Assembly: GCF_001194135.2 (NCBI RefSeq)
Contig: NC_068991.1
Location: forward strand, 79,654,319 to 79,718,318
DNA from: Octopus bimaculoides
Lineage: Eukaryota
DNA length: 64,000 nucleotides
Reading direction: 5' to 3'
Numbering within the stretch: the first letter of the stretch is position 1; each line of letters opens with the position of its first letter. The translations under genes and the position numbers were made by a program. Below, one piece after another: positions 50,201-64,000 of the stretch. Below the pieces are notes generated by a model that was given only the letters and a program-made list of their open reading frames with translations, was not told the DNA's origin and made no database searches.

Positions 50201-52243
50201 GGAGTCGGTTTAGCCTTTTCGTCTTTCTCCCCTCCTCTCTCTTTGTCCGAATAGCTCCTTGAAGAATGCAAGAAAGAAACGACCACGCGCAATGCCACAG
50301 ATCTACTGATTTCTAGGCACGACATTAGAAGAACGCTATCTTTCTCTAATGTATAGAGGAAGCGGCTAACTGGCCAACTCTCAAAACCTAATCTTACAAA
50401 ACTCCTTTGAAACATTGATCGTGTGTAGCTGCTTATCGTAAACCAATAACCTGAAATAACAGTTGACTTTCATTGAGTTATTTTTGTAATAATATTCTAT
50501 TGTTTTAAAGGTTGTTTCGACAGCATTAAGCCTAAAGTCAAGACTATATAAGATCCAGATGTAACGAATATTTTTCTATATCTAATATAATTTATAATTT
50601 CAGATTTAGTTATTTCCTATACTGAAGTTGAATATCAAGTACTGACTGACAGAACAATTTATTCCAAAATAAATTTTTTGAGAAGTAGATGAAATGTCAA
50701 AAACTTGGTAAATCTTATAAGTATTTCAGGTTTATATTTAGTTCACCTGGCATCCGTCATCTCTCAGTCAACACTTCTTTCTTCTCTTTATCATAATATT
50801 CATTTACTTGTTACATTGGTTGGAGCACGGCCAGTCTTACACACTTCACACACACACACGCACACAAACACATGCACATTTCTATCTGTATGCGTATGTG
50901 TGTGTGTGTGTGTGTGTGTGCATCTGTGTATGTGCATATGCTTGTGGGTTACATTTGTAATAATGGTTTTTAAGCTGTAAATTGATGTCAATACTTGGTA
51001 GTGTTTCAGTAAATATCACAGAAGAGAAGTTACAAGGAAACTCACTTTGTTACTCTTTATTACAAAGAGTTTATTATACAATTACATATAGTTATAGTAC
51101 TATATACAAGGATATGGACTCGGTACAATGAGTAAGTCTCCTATTAGTTATGTTCCTTAGGACAGATACTATGCAGACTCCAGTATTATGTGGTAGTTAT
51201 AATCCTTTACGAAGTTACGAATTTAAAGTAGTATTTGCAGACCTAGTCCGCAGAGAGTACACACACACGACGGCGCTTCTAATACACTCAACCATCCCAC
51301 GCGAGCGGAAACGGCTTGGTAAGATGTACCGTTCCTTCCCTAACCGTTTTAAATGCCATTGTAATCGGAGAAATCATGGGCAACTACAGATGACCCAGCA
51401 AAACATGCAGGATACAACGGTTACCTGATTAGATTGGAGTAAGGGGAAATTAATTTCCTAACTGATCGAAGAAAACGCGTTGCATGTGACCTGTCGTCTT
51501 TCTTCAAAGTCACCGATTTCAACCCGGAGTTTCGTAATTTTGAACAAAATTCTGTTCGATTTCATTATTTCTTGAATAAATACGTTCGCCACAATAAAGT
51601 CACGATGTAAGAAAATCAGTGAAGATGAATAACTTATCATGTTCCCCACAATTAACATTTGCTCCATCCTCACAGCAGGAGGTTTTGACTTAGTCGGTGA
51701 AATTGCAGAACCTCGACGTGTTATGCTGATATAGATATGAATTTAGATACTTTTATGCCTCAGGCAATTGATTTTTACCAACATATAAACATTTGACTTA
51801 GTTTGTAATTGAAAAGCTTTTACTTAGATTTATTTTTTAACATGCCTGCCACATGTTTGGATTTTTAAATTCTATCAGCAAACTTCAAGGAGAGCGAGCC
51901 ACCAATGGCAATCTCATTCCTAGAGTACGGGAAATGGTCAATTGTCTTTATCATTCCACACTCTTGATTACATGTTGATTCACTGGAATTGTTTATATCT
52001 ATCATTTATAGCTTGAAAGAGTAAACGGCGACAGTGTCTTTTGTTTTTCCTTGTATCTGGTATCCGAAATTATATGTAATATAGTCTGATGATTTTAAAC
52101 TCATCACATAAACTAGCTACTAGCAAATACTACATTATCCATCCGATATATTTTAAGAACGCTTCCTTTCTTTGGCTTCAGATAATAAAGTGTCAAAGCA
52201 AAATGTAGCGGAAACAGTCTCCCCAACTCTGTCTCTCCCTCTC

Positions 52244-52301
<58 letters not shown>

Positions 52302-53062
52302 NNNNNNNNNNNNNNNNNNNNNNNNNNNNNNNNNNNNNNNNNNNNNNNNNNNNNNNNNNNNNNNNNNNNNNNNNNNNNNNNNNNNNNNNNNNNNNNNNNN
52401 NNNNNNNNNNNNNNNNNNNNNNNNNNNNNNNNNNNNNNNNNNNNNNNNNNNNNNNNNNNNNNNNNNNNNNNNNNNNNNNNNNNNNNNNNNNNNNNNNNNN
52501 NNNNNNNNNNNNNNNNNNNNNNNNNNNNNNNNNNNNNNNNNNNNNNNNNNNATATATATATATATTTCTTCCTCAGTATAGTTCTTGATCAACTTAGTCC
52601 ACGTTTTTCAAGAATTAGGATCGAACACGAAAGTCACATGGTTCAGAAACGATGTGCCTAACCTCACATTCACATTTGCGCCTCTTTATACATTTCAGGT
52701 GTTGCTTTCTTTTTTACTTCTGCCTGTCTGCATCATCATTTACCCATTCTCACTTCCTACGTAAACACTGGAGGATACTGTCATGCGTTCCCCGAGGCAA
52801 ATTGTAAAAATGTCGACATGGTAGGCAAACTGAAGAATGGTCAGCATAAACATCGCCATTTGATGGAATTGACTTCAGGTTCAATTCAGAAAATGAGATT
52901 TCATTAAATCAGTAGATGTGTGTGCGTGTGTGCGTCAACGACTATTGAAAAGGTTGCAAGACGCAACGAAAATGTTAGGAAAAATAAATGAATAAGCGGA
53001 AAATTTACCGGTGAGTATGTTAGATAATAAGGCACTAAGAGAGAATGACTCTCTCCAGACAT

Positions 53063-53109
<47 letters not shown>

Positions 53110-54879
53110 AAATACATATATAAATGTGTGTGTGTGTGTGTTTGTGTGTGTACGGAGGGAGAGGGAGAGAGAAAGAGAAGGAAAGAAGGCAAAAGATAGA
53201 TACATGAATGAATACATGCTTAGGCACATGTATATACCTTCTTGATAGGCCGTTCTATATATTTGTATTTTTATTTGTATATATATTTTTTACCTTCTGT
53301 GTTTTTTATATATGTATTCTTTATATGTTAAAAGCCATGGTAATATTTATATATGATCAAATGTATGGAAGCTTGTGGTGTTATATGAAGTCGTTAACTC
53401 GAATTTGATGTTTGTTCTCTAATCAATGTCTTTTTTTTATGTCTGTCTCAATCTCATTTGAGCACTTCTTTTTTGTAGTCTGATAAAAAAAATTTTGTTT
53501 CCATAAAAACAGGCAAAAACTATTTTTGTCGTATACATATAAAGACATGTTTATAACCATTTTTCGAAGAAATAATTTTTAATTCCAACTAAAGGGCAGC
53601 AATTTTTAGGAGAGGGGACATTTTCATTATGTTGATGAGTAGGTAATATGATGAAAGCAAATTTGTCTTCAGCGAGATTAGAAATTAGAAATAGTGTAGG
53701 CAATTTGTCCAACGCTCTAACAAGTCTGCTGGTTCGCCACCTTTTGCGAAGAAGATAATTTCATTACTCGTCCTGCGTATACCGAGTGCACGCATTCACA
53801 TACATTCTTCATGTTCTCCTTCCGGCCAGGTAGATTTACAAAATTGTTAGTCTTACAAAATGATATTTAGTTACGATTATTATATATTGCGCTTTCGATT
53901 GCAAATACAGTAATACTTCACTTTTAACCTTCCTAAAAGTCAGTGTAATGTAACTTTGGTCTGTTACTACAGTCGATTTATAATTGGTTATTACACCTTA
54001 AATACGAATGTAATTACAACCAATAACTAAAACTATTTAAGATAATCAAATAAACGAACATTTAAAAAAAAATTTCTTATTTTACAAACTATTTTTCCTA
54101 CTTCCAAAGATATGTATCCCAAATTAGAACTCTATTAATATATCTACGAGAATATTTCCCAATACTTTACCCAAAACTTTCAAATCTAATTATGTAACTT
54201 AATGATGCTGATTTAATATTTTCACTACATTAAGTTTTTTCCTTCACTGCTTTATGTGAAGAGGGAAAACATACTGATAAGATGCATTAGCAAAATATAT
54301 ATTTTTTCATAATTTGCCACCATTTCAAGCAGCTTTCAAAGATTTTCACTGTTATATCATATTTGTGTTTCTGTGCGTGTTTTGTGTTTGAATGTTTATA
54401 TATCTGCTATTTCATTCTATGTGTGATGCCTTGCACTTGTGTGAGTGTAGTGTTTGTTTCTCTGTGAATTGTTTCTCTGGAAGTCTATTTACACGTACAG
54501 ATATCAGATATTTTGTGTGTGTACACATTTGTGTGAGATTTTTATGGATGTGTGATTGATGTTCTGCGTGTATGAGCATGCGGTGTTATGGTTTAGTAGG
54601 CTTATCACTAATCGTGTGTTAGGTTTGACTGTGCGTGGAGCAAAAAATTGTTAGCTGCGCGAGAGCGCGTGATTCTGATTTTGTATATTTTGTGTGTATA
54701 TGAGTATATAGACCTGATTTTGTGCACGTGAATAAGTGAATATATGGGCAGGTATTCAATATGCTTGTATGTATTATGTGCGTTATAATTAGATAGCAAG
54801 ATTAGATTAAATGTAATGAAACATAATGGAGGACATATTTTAAATAAACACATTTTTACGTGATTGTTATCTCCTCAAT

Positions 54880-56190
54880 GCATTCCTCTAAATCGAGGTG
54901 AAGAAATATAGGGATACATATTTCGAAACAGGACGATATGTTATCAAATAATTAACTAATGATGTGGAATATGCTACTGATAATACGTATTGTTGTCAGA
55001 ATATTTTCAATAATATACTGATAATGTTGTATCAATATTTACATCGATATTCCAGAGATGGATTGTGTGTTATACATCCATATATACGATACTTCATTTG
55101 TTAGCAATGACCAATTTATTTCTCTCACAATATGTCAATGTTGAGGATGATCGTTTTCATTTTCAATTACTATATCTACCGTATTGATGGTTCTCTTCAT
55201 ACAATCGATTATATAGGAGCTCTTTGTAGATCCATTCCAGCCATTGAATTGCATTTCAAAATCACGTGTTTGTTTTATCAATCTTATCTTAAGTATCACC
55301 TCAAAAATGTCCATGAAGTCCTTGAAAATATAATCTCGACACTGAATTTCTTGATTGTTTAACGCTCTCTCTCCCCCTTCTTTCTGTTGCTCACACAATT
55401 TATCTATTCTCATCCATCGTCTATACATTAGGACGTGGCTTTTGAAGTCGCACCGTCGTTCTGTACCTTGATAAAAAAATCTCAGTCTCATTTTCTCTCA
55501 TCTCTACTGTACCTTAGCATATCGGCATAATTCTTAAGCCTTCTCTTTTCTACATTATAAAGCACATTACTACGGAGATGATAGTACCCTTTAGATCTTA
55601 ACATTTTGCAACAGTGATCATTGGTTATTTTCTCACAATCTAGATGTCCCTTGCAGATTTGCAATTGTCAACAAATATCTCTCTAATTTCCTTTGAACAC
55701 CCTCAAATGAGAAGGTATGTTATGTGGCTTCATCCTTTATCACTGAAACAATCCCTATGTATGTAAAAAATAAAATATTATACATAATACTCTTACTGTT
55801 AATGAAGAACAGGCAACTAAATTTGTGGTTACGTTTATCATTTGTAAGAACGTAGACATATTTTGTCTTCCTCTCAAAGCCAGAAAATGGCTCGGTCCTT
55901 TGCATTAATATATATTTTATAAAGCACATGCAGGATCTACATGATATTACCAACTTTCTTTTTGTTAAAACTCTGCTGCAACAAAATGAAAAGCTGATTG
56001 GAAAAGATTCTCATATGAACACATAACACTCACATGTCCCTATTCCCTTTCTTGTACTTTCTTCATCTTCCATACTGCTATTCTCATGTTGTTTCCTCTT
56101 CCAAATCAAGAATATGCCTATCTTATCAAATTAAGTCCAGCCATTTGACTCAAGTCTTCTCACTGTGAAATCCCTGCTTTGTCATCAAAC
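54880..56190 (-). pseudogene. Possible degenerate cadherin-repeat gene fossil
   Basis: Minus-strand motifs in different frames: ILDLEEETT, FERKTKYVYVLTNDKRNHKFS, KGHLDCEKIT (55632-55643), IRLIKQTRDFE (55255-55266) followed by TVDIVIENENDHP (55144-55182, V.I.I.D.ND..P-like), and HLDLEE (54886-54897). Confidence 0.3.
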
Positions 56191-57579
56191 TGAAAATCTA
56201 ATGATATATCTATATACACACACACACACACTCTCAAGTCGTTGGACTCGAGGCAGTAGTGTTCCAATATTCCGGTTACGCCTGGAATACACCTGGTTAT
56301 AGCTTCCCTCAGCGGCTGCAATGCAATGAATAACAAAAATAGTCTGGAATATTGTATGTAATTTAATTTCCACCGATTTTTAAAACAGGCTTAGAAAAGA
56401 TTCTGAGGACATTTTTTAAATGTATGATGTAACACATCTCTGACTATATCAATCTTTGTAAAATATCGAAATGTTTGGGTAGCGAGCAGAATTCTCTGTA
56501 AATATAAAACAATTTCCCCACAAGGGAAAAATACGTGGAGATACAGAAAAAAAAGTCAAACTAAGAAAATTAATAACACGTAAATAAATAAAAATTAACA
56601 ATCGATAGAAGATCAAAGATATATATTTTCATTTGTTTGTTTGTTTCTCTTTTATCGAAAAACTAGTTGATTTTTATCTAAACAACTGTAGGCAAACTGA
56701 CACATGACTCGCTTATACTTTTCGTCAATAATTTTATCTGTTTGCAATCCCAGAAAGCTCCAAGCAGTTCAGATCGGCTTAAAAAGATTAAACTATGAAA
56801 GGTGAATATGGTGAAAATATACACAGCAGACGAAACGAAACGGAATATTCATGAACCTTCTGCTTTAACTTTATAGGTTCTCTCTTGTAGATATTATCGT
56901 AAAAGAAGCACATAAAAATATATGTATTTGTGTGTGTATGTATGTGTTTGTGTGTGTGTGTGTTTGTGTGTATTTACATACACACAGCTGTCCAACACTT
57001 CAAGTCTTTTTCCTCGCACGAAAATGTCACCCTACACATAGGCCTCCCCAAATGGCGGAATCCAAATTACATTTGTCTGGGTTTTTTTTTATGTTGGTAT
57101 AGAACACAAATGCAGCGGATGCTTTGGAGAAGATATAAAAACCATCGCTATGTCCTTTGCTGAATGACCTACAAAACACGATCGTCCTCATCATAAAAGA
57201 ACGCTCTGATTGAAATTCTACATGTTTTCGAAAGAGTGGTTTTTGAGTTCACTGTACACTCACACAGCAATTATACACACACACACACACANNNNNNNNN
57301 NNNNNNNNNNNNNNNNNNNNNNNNNNNNNNNNNNNNNNNNNNNNNNNNNNNNNNNNNNNNNNNNNNNNNNNNNNNNNNNNNNNNNNNNNNNNNNNNNNNN
57401 NNNNNNNNNNNNNNNNNNNNNNATATATATGTGTGTATATATATACATGTACGTACATACATATATATAAACATATATATACACAATTACACATATTTAC
57501 ATACATATATATACACAATTACACATATATACATACATATATATACATAGACATATATATATCATGTATATATGCATGC

Positions 57580-57608
<29 letters not shown>

Positions 57609-57610
<2 letters not shown>

Positions 57611-57981
57611 ACAACCTTCTCACAAACAAGCAGCATGGCTTCTGTCCAGGTAGGAGCTGCCTCACACAGTTGCTACATAATTTTGACTGGGTACTGAAGC
57701 AAGAGCTAAACCAGTCAGCTGTAGACGTGATATACCTCGGCTTTGCCAAGGCCTTCGACAAGGTTGATCATGGCATGATATGTCACAAACTGCGAAGCCT
57801 TGATATTACCGGCAAATTGAGAGAGCGGCTGCATGATTTTCTGAAGGGTAGGAGTCAGACAGTTGTAACCAATGGTACTCATTCTGAAGAGACACCAATT
57901 TGCAGCGGAGACCCACAAAGAACTCTACAGGGACCACTACTATTCGCGGTGGCTCTTTCAGACAAACCCTCCGCGGTATAG
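57609..57981 (+). mobile_element. CR1-clade LINE reverse transcriptase fragment
   Basis: Open frame DNLLTNKQHGFCPGRSCLTQLL...VDVIYLGFAKAFDKVDHGMICHKL...LHDFLKGRSQTV..NG..S....SGDPQRTLQGPLLF covers RT motifs QHGF..GRSC, D..KAFD.V.H and GVPQG..LGP.LF. It is truncated before the YADD motif. Confidence 0.92.
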
Positions 57982-57991
57982 TCAGCCAATA

Positions 57992-58164
57992 TTTTTTACT
58001 TGTTTCCATCATTTGACTGCGGCTATGCTGGAGTATCACCTTTAGTCGAAAAAATCTTATTCTGTCGATCCCTTTTTGCCGAACCACTAAGTTACGAGGA
58101 CTTAAACACACCAACATCGGTTGGTAAGCGATAGTGAAGGCTCAAACACAGATACAAGTAACGA

Positions 58165-58247
<83 letters not shown>

Positions 58248-58402
58248 ATAGGCTTCTTTCAGTTTCCGTCTACCAAATCCACTCACAAGGCTTTGGTTGT
58301 GGTCCTCCTGCGGCTATGGTAGAAGACACATACCTGAGATGCCAGACAATGGTACTGAACCCGGAACCACGTGGTTGGGAAGTAAGCTTCTTACCACATA
58401 GC
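57992..58402 (-). mobile_element. SINE family B, full length, with internal (CA)n(TA)n array
   Basis: Reverse complement of the family B tail (ttgtttccatcatttgactgcggctatgctggag), body (cttctttcagtttccgtctaccaaatccactcacaaggcttt) and head (gaacccggaaccacgtggttgggaagtaagcttcttaccacatagccac). Confidence 0.88.
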
Positions 58403-59867
58403 CACATATACGTTAAGTATGATACATAAATGGCTACTTTTATCTAAATCTGTGTCAGTTGTTTGCAGAGAGTAAGAAATATTTATTTTCTTTTTCTAGA
58501 AAATCCAGACGTGTTTCAATAATCTCCTTCTTGCAACTAACTTGTACAATTTCCTGCGATTAATATCACACTATTTCTTCTCTGCTTTCTCTCTCTCTTT
58601 ATTTGTTTCCTCTTTGTTCTCTCTCTTTTTGCTCTTTCATTCTTTCTTTCTCTCTCTCTCCCTTCTACTTTCAAATGTTTCTCATCTTTTCATGCTTCGC
58701 TAAGTTTTATTGATTTAGAGAAACCCATTGTTTTGCTATATTCGTAGATGTCAGCAATATTAAGAATATATCATATAATAGGTCTACATGCTAAAACGAT
58801 ATTTTGTACAAATATAAAATTTAAAGCTTAAAACGATGTCTTCGGTTTCAGATTTTTGTAGATTTTAATCAATGTAAATGAAGTAGTTACAAGAATTAAT
58901 ATATTATCTCCCGATAATGTTTACTGAGCGTTCGAAACACTAAGAACTTATGCAATCACACAAATTTTCGTTACTAAAACGTATTATCCATAATGGAATT
59001 TGCATGAATTTTACTATAAGTTTAGTAAGAATTTGTTGACGTATTTGTTGGTAAGAATTATTTTACTAGTTTGGTCGATAGTCTAAATAGCTATTAATTT
59101 TTAATGTCTCTACTTTTCATACTTTGTTTTTCTACCAAACATTATATGCTTACTATTATCACTAAAAGCTTTCACCTTGTCAATAGAATGTCAATTGGAC
59201 GTACGACTTCGATGCTTGCAGACAACCAAGTTAATTAACATATTGTTTACTAAAACATCAGTTTCTTTTCATGAAAGTCAGGAAACGTGTACATACATAA
59301 ATATATATATACACAATTACACATATAAACAACAACCTTATCATAAAATAGCCATATTTGGTAGGTCTCTAAGACAATTCCGTTGCTTCGGATATATGGA
59401 ATAAATAGAATAGAATGTTGAACAATTGAGTTTAGTTACAATAACCGACTAACGAAAACTACACTTAAAATGTATTGATTTGTAACACACGGTTGAAGGC
59501 GTTCCACTCGATAGAATATTTGACAGTGTCTATTAATGGCTGACATTATAAATGGCAATGGAATAAATCTTCTGGAGGATTCACGTGATCTTAACAATAT
59601 CTTATTGAATGATAAAAATTCCGAACAAAATTTGATTAAAATCTAGCTTAACGATTACTAGGATTTGTTATTGTATATTATCGATTTGTGTGTCTTAGAC
59701 ACAGGATTTGATACTTGTAAGGAATGTGTATTATCTCTAATATTAACTACTCATTAGTAAATACCAAACCTTTAGTTTGTGCCGATGCTGGCAAAACGTT
59801 TGTTAATTCGACCAATAAAATTTCGTTTGAACTTTGCTTAGCAAATGTCGAATAAGGACAGAGTTTC

Positions 59868-59925
<58 letters not shown>

Positions 59926-61039
59926 GAGAGAGAGAGAGAGAGAGAAATGCATGTATGTATAATTAGAGGTCCATGAGCGTAGCATACCAGAGATATCTTT
60001 ACCTATCAAAATACAGTCAATTTAAACGATGCACTAGAAGTATTTATTGCACTATTCTGTTCTGTTTTACAGAAACCCGATATCAACATTTGTTTATTCT
60101 AGATAAACTCAAAATTGTGATTTATTGAATACAGATACAGTGTACATGACAATAAACCTGGTTATTTAAGTATTTTTGTCGTCTCCATTACACTGTAGTC
60201 GCATATTGTTAAACTGAATAAATTCTACTTATTATAAGTATATTTCCACACCTGTTAAAAAGATTTTCTTTTTTTTTTTATTATGAAGGTAAAAAGGGAC
60301 ATAGGTAGTGATATAGAATTAAAACATATAAATAAAAAAAATATAGAAAGAAATGAAAATTGTGGCAGAAAGGAAAGAGCAAAACAGGAAATAAAGGTAA
60401 GCAGCAGATTCTGAAAGCATTCACGTTTCCGAATTTCATAAAAACTCGGAAAAATTTCAATGCATCGAAAATATTGTATCTATATGTAAAACATAATTAT
60501 ATTGTTAGAATGATAAAATATGGTATTACGTCTGCATTTTGCTTGTTTTTTATTATTGTATAAACATGGGAGAAAGTGCAAAAAGTTTAAACATAATAAA
60601 ATTAGAAAACAACAGCCTCTCGTAGCCTTGGCATTTAAGATATTTATGCTTGTTTGTTTTCAGAAACAACGGTGAACAAAGAGGGTTATGAATTCCTAAA
60701 AAAATATACCTAGGCATTATATAATAGGACACCTGCTATTAAGAGTCTCAATTTACATCCAACACCTGGAAAAAAATCAGTCTATGACAAGTCTTAAATT
60801 TTCTGTTATATGTTTTTGACTACTACTATGACGTATAGTACGAAATATTCCCAAACATACCATGAAATAATGGTTGTCATATATTCAAACTGACAAAGTG
60901 GAGGAATGAAATGATGTAGTTAACTTCTGGAAACTGGTCATCAGCTAAGCTACTCAAGATGCAGGTGGTTGTTTTAAGGCGAATGGCTATAGGATCTGAA
61001 TTCAGAACTGAAAGAGCTAGAACAAAAAAGAAAAAATCT

Positions 61040-61225
61040 TTTGTCCTAAGTTGTTACATTTTCGCAAATTCAACACCACTCGTGTGCAATCTTTTATCGA
61101 CCACAAACAAGAAAATTGCAGAGTTTACGGCGGTAGGATTTGAACTTAACCTCGCTGAGAATTAAAATAGATACCACGAAACATTCTGTTTGACGCTCTA
61201 ACAATTCTGGCATTTCTCCACTTTA
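61040..61225 (-). mobile_element. SINE family A, old diverged copy
   Basis: ttttatcgacc...gcggtaggatttgaactt...gacgctctaacaattctggc is the reverse complement of decayed family A blocks. Confidence 0.55.
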
Positions 61226-62619
61226 AAATCAATTCACCGACCGCCTTATTAGTTGATATTGTTAATTGCTATAGATTGCATTTACTTGGACGTGTAACAT
61301 AAATGAAATACCGATTTATTAATCCCAGTGCCCAGAGGAGACATATTTTACCGTTAAATAATTATGCTTATGCTCAAATCATGACTTCATTTATAATTTT
61401 AATCGGAATCCTTTAATAAATACAGCTTGAATATCGAAGGAATTAAATAACTTACATTTTCACTTGAGCTAATAAACAATTAATTTCGTGTATTAATCAA
61501 GCAATCGGAATTCGATTTATATATTAATTTGCCCTTTCTAATAAAGATTCATTGATAGTTAAATAAATATAACTTGCTCCATCCACTATGCTCTTGGTCG
61601 TTCTCCTGTTGAAAAAGCAAAATATTAGTTAGTGTATTTACCCAAGACCGAATTATGGAGGTGTCTGTGATTTCATATTAACAGAAGGTCCTTTTAAAGA
61701 TACAAAGTTCTATAAGTATAATTTCTGGTATATTTAAACTTCAAAACATATATACTAGATCTTTGAAGACTGTCGACAAGAAGGCGCTGGCGTCTTATAT
61801 AATAGTCTTTAGCTGCCTTATATTATGTTAGATTCAGGAAGTAGATTTTACTGGAAAAGGTGGCAAGGTATGCATCTTAATTAACAGTTGATTCGAAAAT
61901 TTGTTGTCCATCATCGGTACTACGTATGTCCATCATATTCTAAGTAGGAAATATAAAGTAAGCAATAACAGCGAATGTGGACTTCGTAAGTAATCGACAT
62001 TTATAACCTCGACGTTCTGGACTCGGTGAAATGTAGTCTCAATGTCGCAATATATCATTCTGTATGAAATATAGAAGAGCTACCTGGACATAAAATCCTG
62101 GCTCCTCTATCTTTACCTATCTTTCACCCCTCAGTATTAATACTGCCTTTGTCACTAATATATGCATTGTAGCTGGCATTCGATCAATTATAGAAGTTCT
62201 TAGACCTAATTAATCTTAACATTGATTTCTCACAGTGGACCGCGCTAAATGTTTGGAAAGTGGAACCATTATCGAATGTATTCATCCAATACTTATTTGG
62301 TATTTGTTTTCCCGAGACCATTAAATGCAAGGCCGCCCGTGGTGAGGTTTGATCTCTGGTCGTAGATGGCCCTGAGTATTTTATTGTGTCCAGCACGCTA
62401 CCTACTTTACTAGCCATCAAGTCAGCTAAAATTAATATGATATAAAAACAACATTGAAACGCCGTATTTTTTATGAATATTTAATACCCTGCTTCAAATC
62501 TTTTCACGAAATTTCATAAAGTTGTTTTGCTGATAAATTATTCATCCATACACAACGGGATTTAGTTAAAGGACAATAAATTTCTTCTTGTAAAATTAAG
62601 CCCGTGTTTAATCAAAGAA

Positions 62620-62620
<1 letters not shown>

Positions 62621-62712
<92 letters not shown>

Positions 62713-62733
62713 TGTGTCTGTGTGTGTGTGTGT
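62621..62733. repeat. (TG)n microsatellite
   Basis: Directly visible tandem array. Confidence 0.95.
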
Positions 62734-63969
62734 GCGCAACAGCGTAACTATGTCACCATTTCTATTGCAATATGAGTGAGATGGCTATGAAAATTCCTCA
62801 GTTAACTATTCCATAACTGTAAAAATTGAATATTAACTGTCAATCATTTTACCCAAAGTCTTTGTTTCTTTTGCTTCATTAAAGTCTAATCAGAGACGGC
62901 AGAATATTGATGTACATGTTTTATATTGTACTAAATTATAATTAATTCTTGATAAAGTTTTGGACAACTCCAATACAAATTATTATTTCATTAAATTTCA
63001 AGCACGGTTTATGGAACGCAGCTCTAACAGAATTCTGAGCGAAATAAATTGGCATGCTTCATTCTTTTTGAACATGGATTCACTACTACATGGATTTTCA
63101 TGTAGATCTCCCTCATTCACTTTGGGATTAACATTCACCAATCGACATTGTATGTTTGCAGTAGCGCTTTTCTATGGTTGCTTCTTCTTTTTAACACTTG
63201 TCACAAGACGCTTGCAGTTTATTGTCGTTTATTTCTGTGATAAGTTTACCTCAGCATGAAGAGCTAACTATTTTGTGTGACTTAATTGTTAGACTGACAG
63301 GTTTTAATATTCATCACAATTAATTTTTCATAAATCTCTTAATACTTGTCGTCTTGTCCTAATCATGTTTTTTCATAATCATTCATTCGTTGTATTTTTA
63401 TACATCTACCGGCATTTTGAAACGAGCAACTCTTTTGCTGAATGTATACACAGACCATTATGGCCGTCATCCAACAGCGAACAAGGTGATAGTGGTAACT
63501 ACATTTGTGCTTTACCTGTTTTAATGTGCAAGTTATTTTATCTGATTCTAATACCAAACTGATTTTTTTGTCCAATTTAATCTTTCTTGTAATTAAATCC
63601 AGTAGCTATTTTTCGTATTTCTTTTCTCTCTTCACCACTTTCTTTCTTTCTTTCGTCTATCATGTTCCGTTTTCGTTCTCCCAATCTTGTTAAATAGTAT
63701 TGTCTTCACTGTGCCGTCTCTGATAGCATTCATTATACATCTACCAACATTGTCAAAAATGAGTGATCCTACTTTTAAAATATTCCGAAAACGTTATCAG
63801 CTTTATTCAAGAACTGATGAGTTATGATTGGCAATCATGTTTCTGTTGCTCCTTGTTCTGAGTATTTTCCCTGCTCTCTCCGCTTAATTTAGTCATAAGC
63901 ATACAAACACACACACTCGCACAATGTATACACATACATACATACATACATACATACATTCATACATAC

Positions 63970-64000
<31 letters not shown>

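Larger units (their letters stand above)
603..57422. other. 14 assembly gaps (N runs) starting at 603, 8917, 16321, 16883, 25042, 28416, 33074, 40440, 41376, 42470, 45696, 47952, 52302, 57292
   Basis: Directly visible. 13 of the 14 touch a (TA)n, (CA)n or (TG)n array on at least one side. Confidence 0.98.

Noticed and set aside
51458-51673. ORF with a kinase-like HRDxxxxN motif (FLHRDFIVANVF) and a later IGDF
   Set aside because: The HRD-to-DF spacing is 29 residues (too long), it reads DFE rather than DFG, and no other kinase subdomain is nearby. Likely chance.
240-60009. Many long ORFs in the track made of YI, CV, HT, SL or X runs
   Set aside because: They are translations of (TA)n, (TG)n, (CA)n, (CT)n arrays and N-gaps, not genes.

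Overview
This is eukaryotic, visibly AT-rich, microsatellite-dense DNA from a fragmented short-read assembly with 14 N-gaps. Its SINE, LINE and mariner repertoire looks like an octopod cephalopod (Octopus-like) genome; that is my recognition of repeat families, not a database result. I found no intact protein-coding gene, rRNA, functional tRNA or CRISPR array. Most ORFs in the supplied track are translations of (TA)n/(CA)n arrays and N-gaps. The supportable content is decayed mobile DNA: three tRNA-derived SINE families, CR1, RTE, Tx1/L1-like and R4/Dong-type LINE fragments, a Penelope-like terminal repeat, four Tc1/mariner fossils and a hairpin MITE family. The most notable structures are (1) a near-perfect 160/193 bp inverted duplication ending in TA (46147-46897) plus other long inverted repeats, (2) two Dong/R4-type LINEs chained through (TAA)n tracts onto a SINE tail, (3) degenerate hammerhead-ribozyme-like motifs in Penelope-type repeats, (4) a CR1 3' tail shared with a SINE family, and (5) two low-confidence gene fossils, one LRR/Toll-like (48.4-50.1 kb) and one cadherin-like (54.9-56.2 kb). 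I cannot honestly claim a new biological system here. All alignments were made by eye and element boundaries are approximate.
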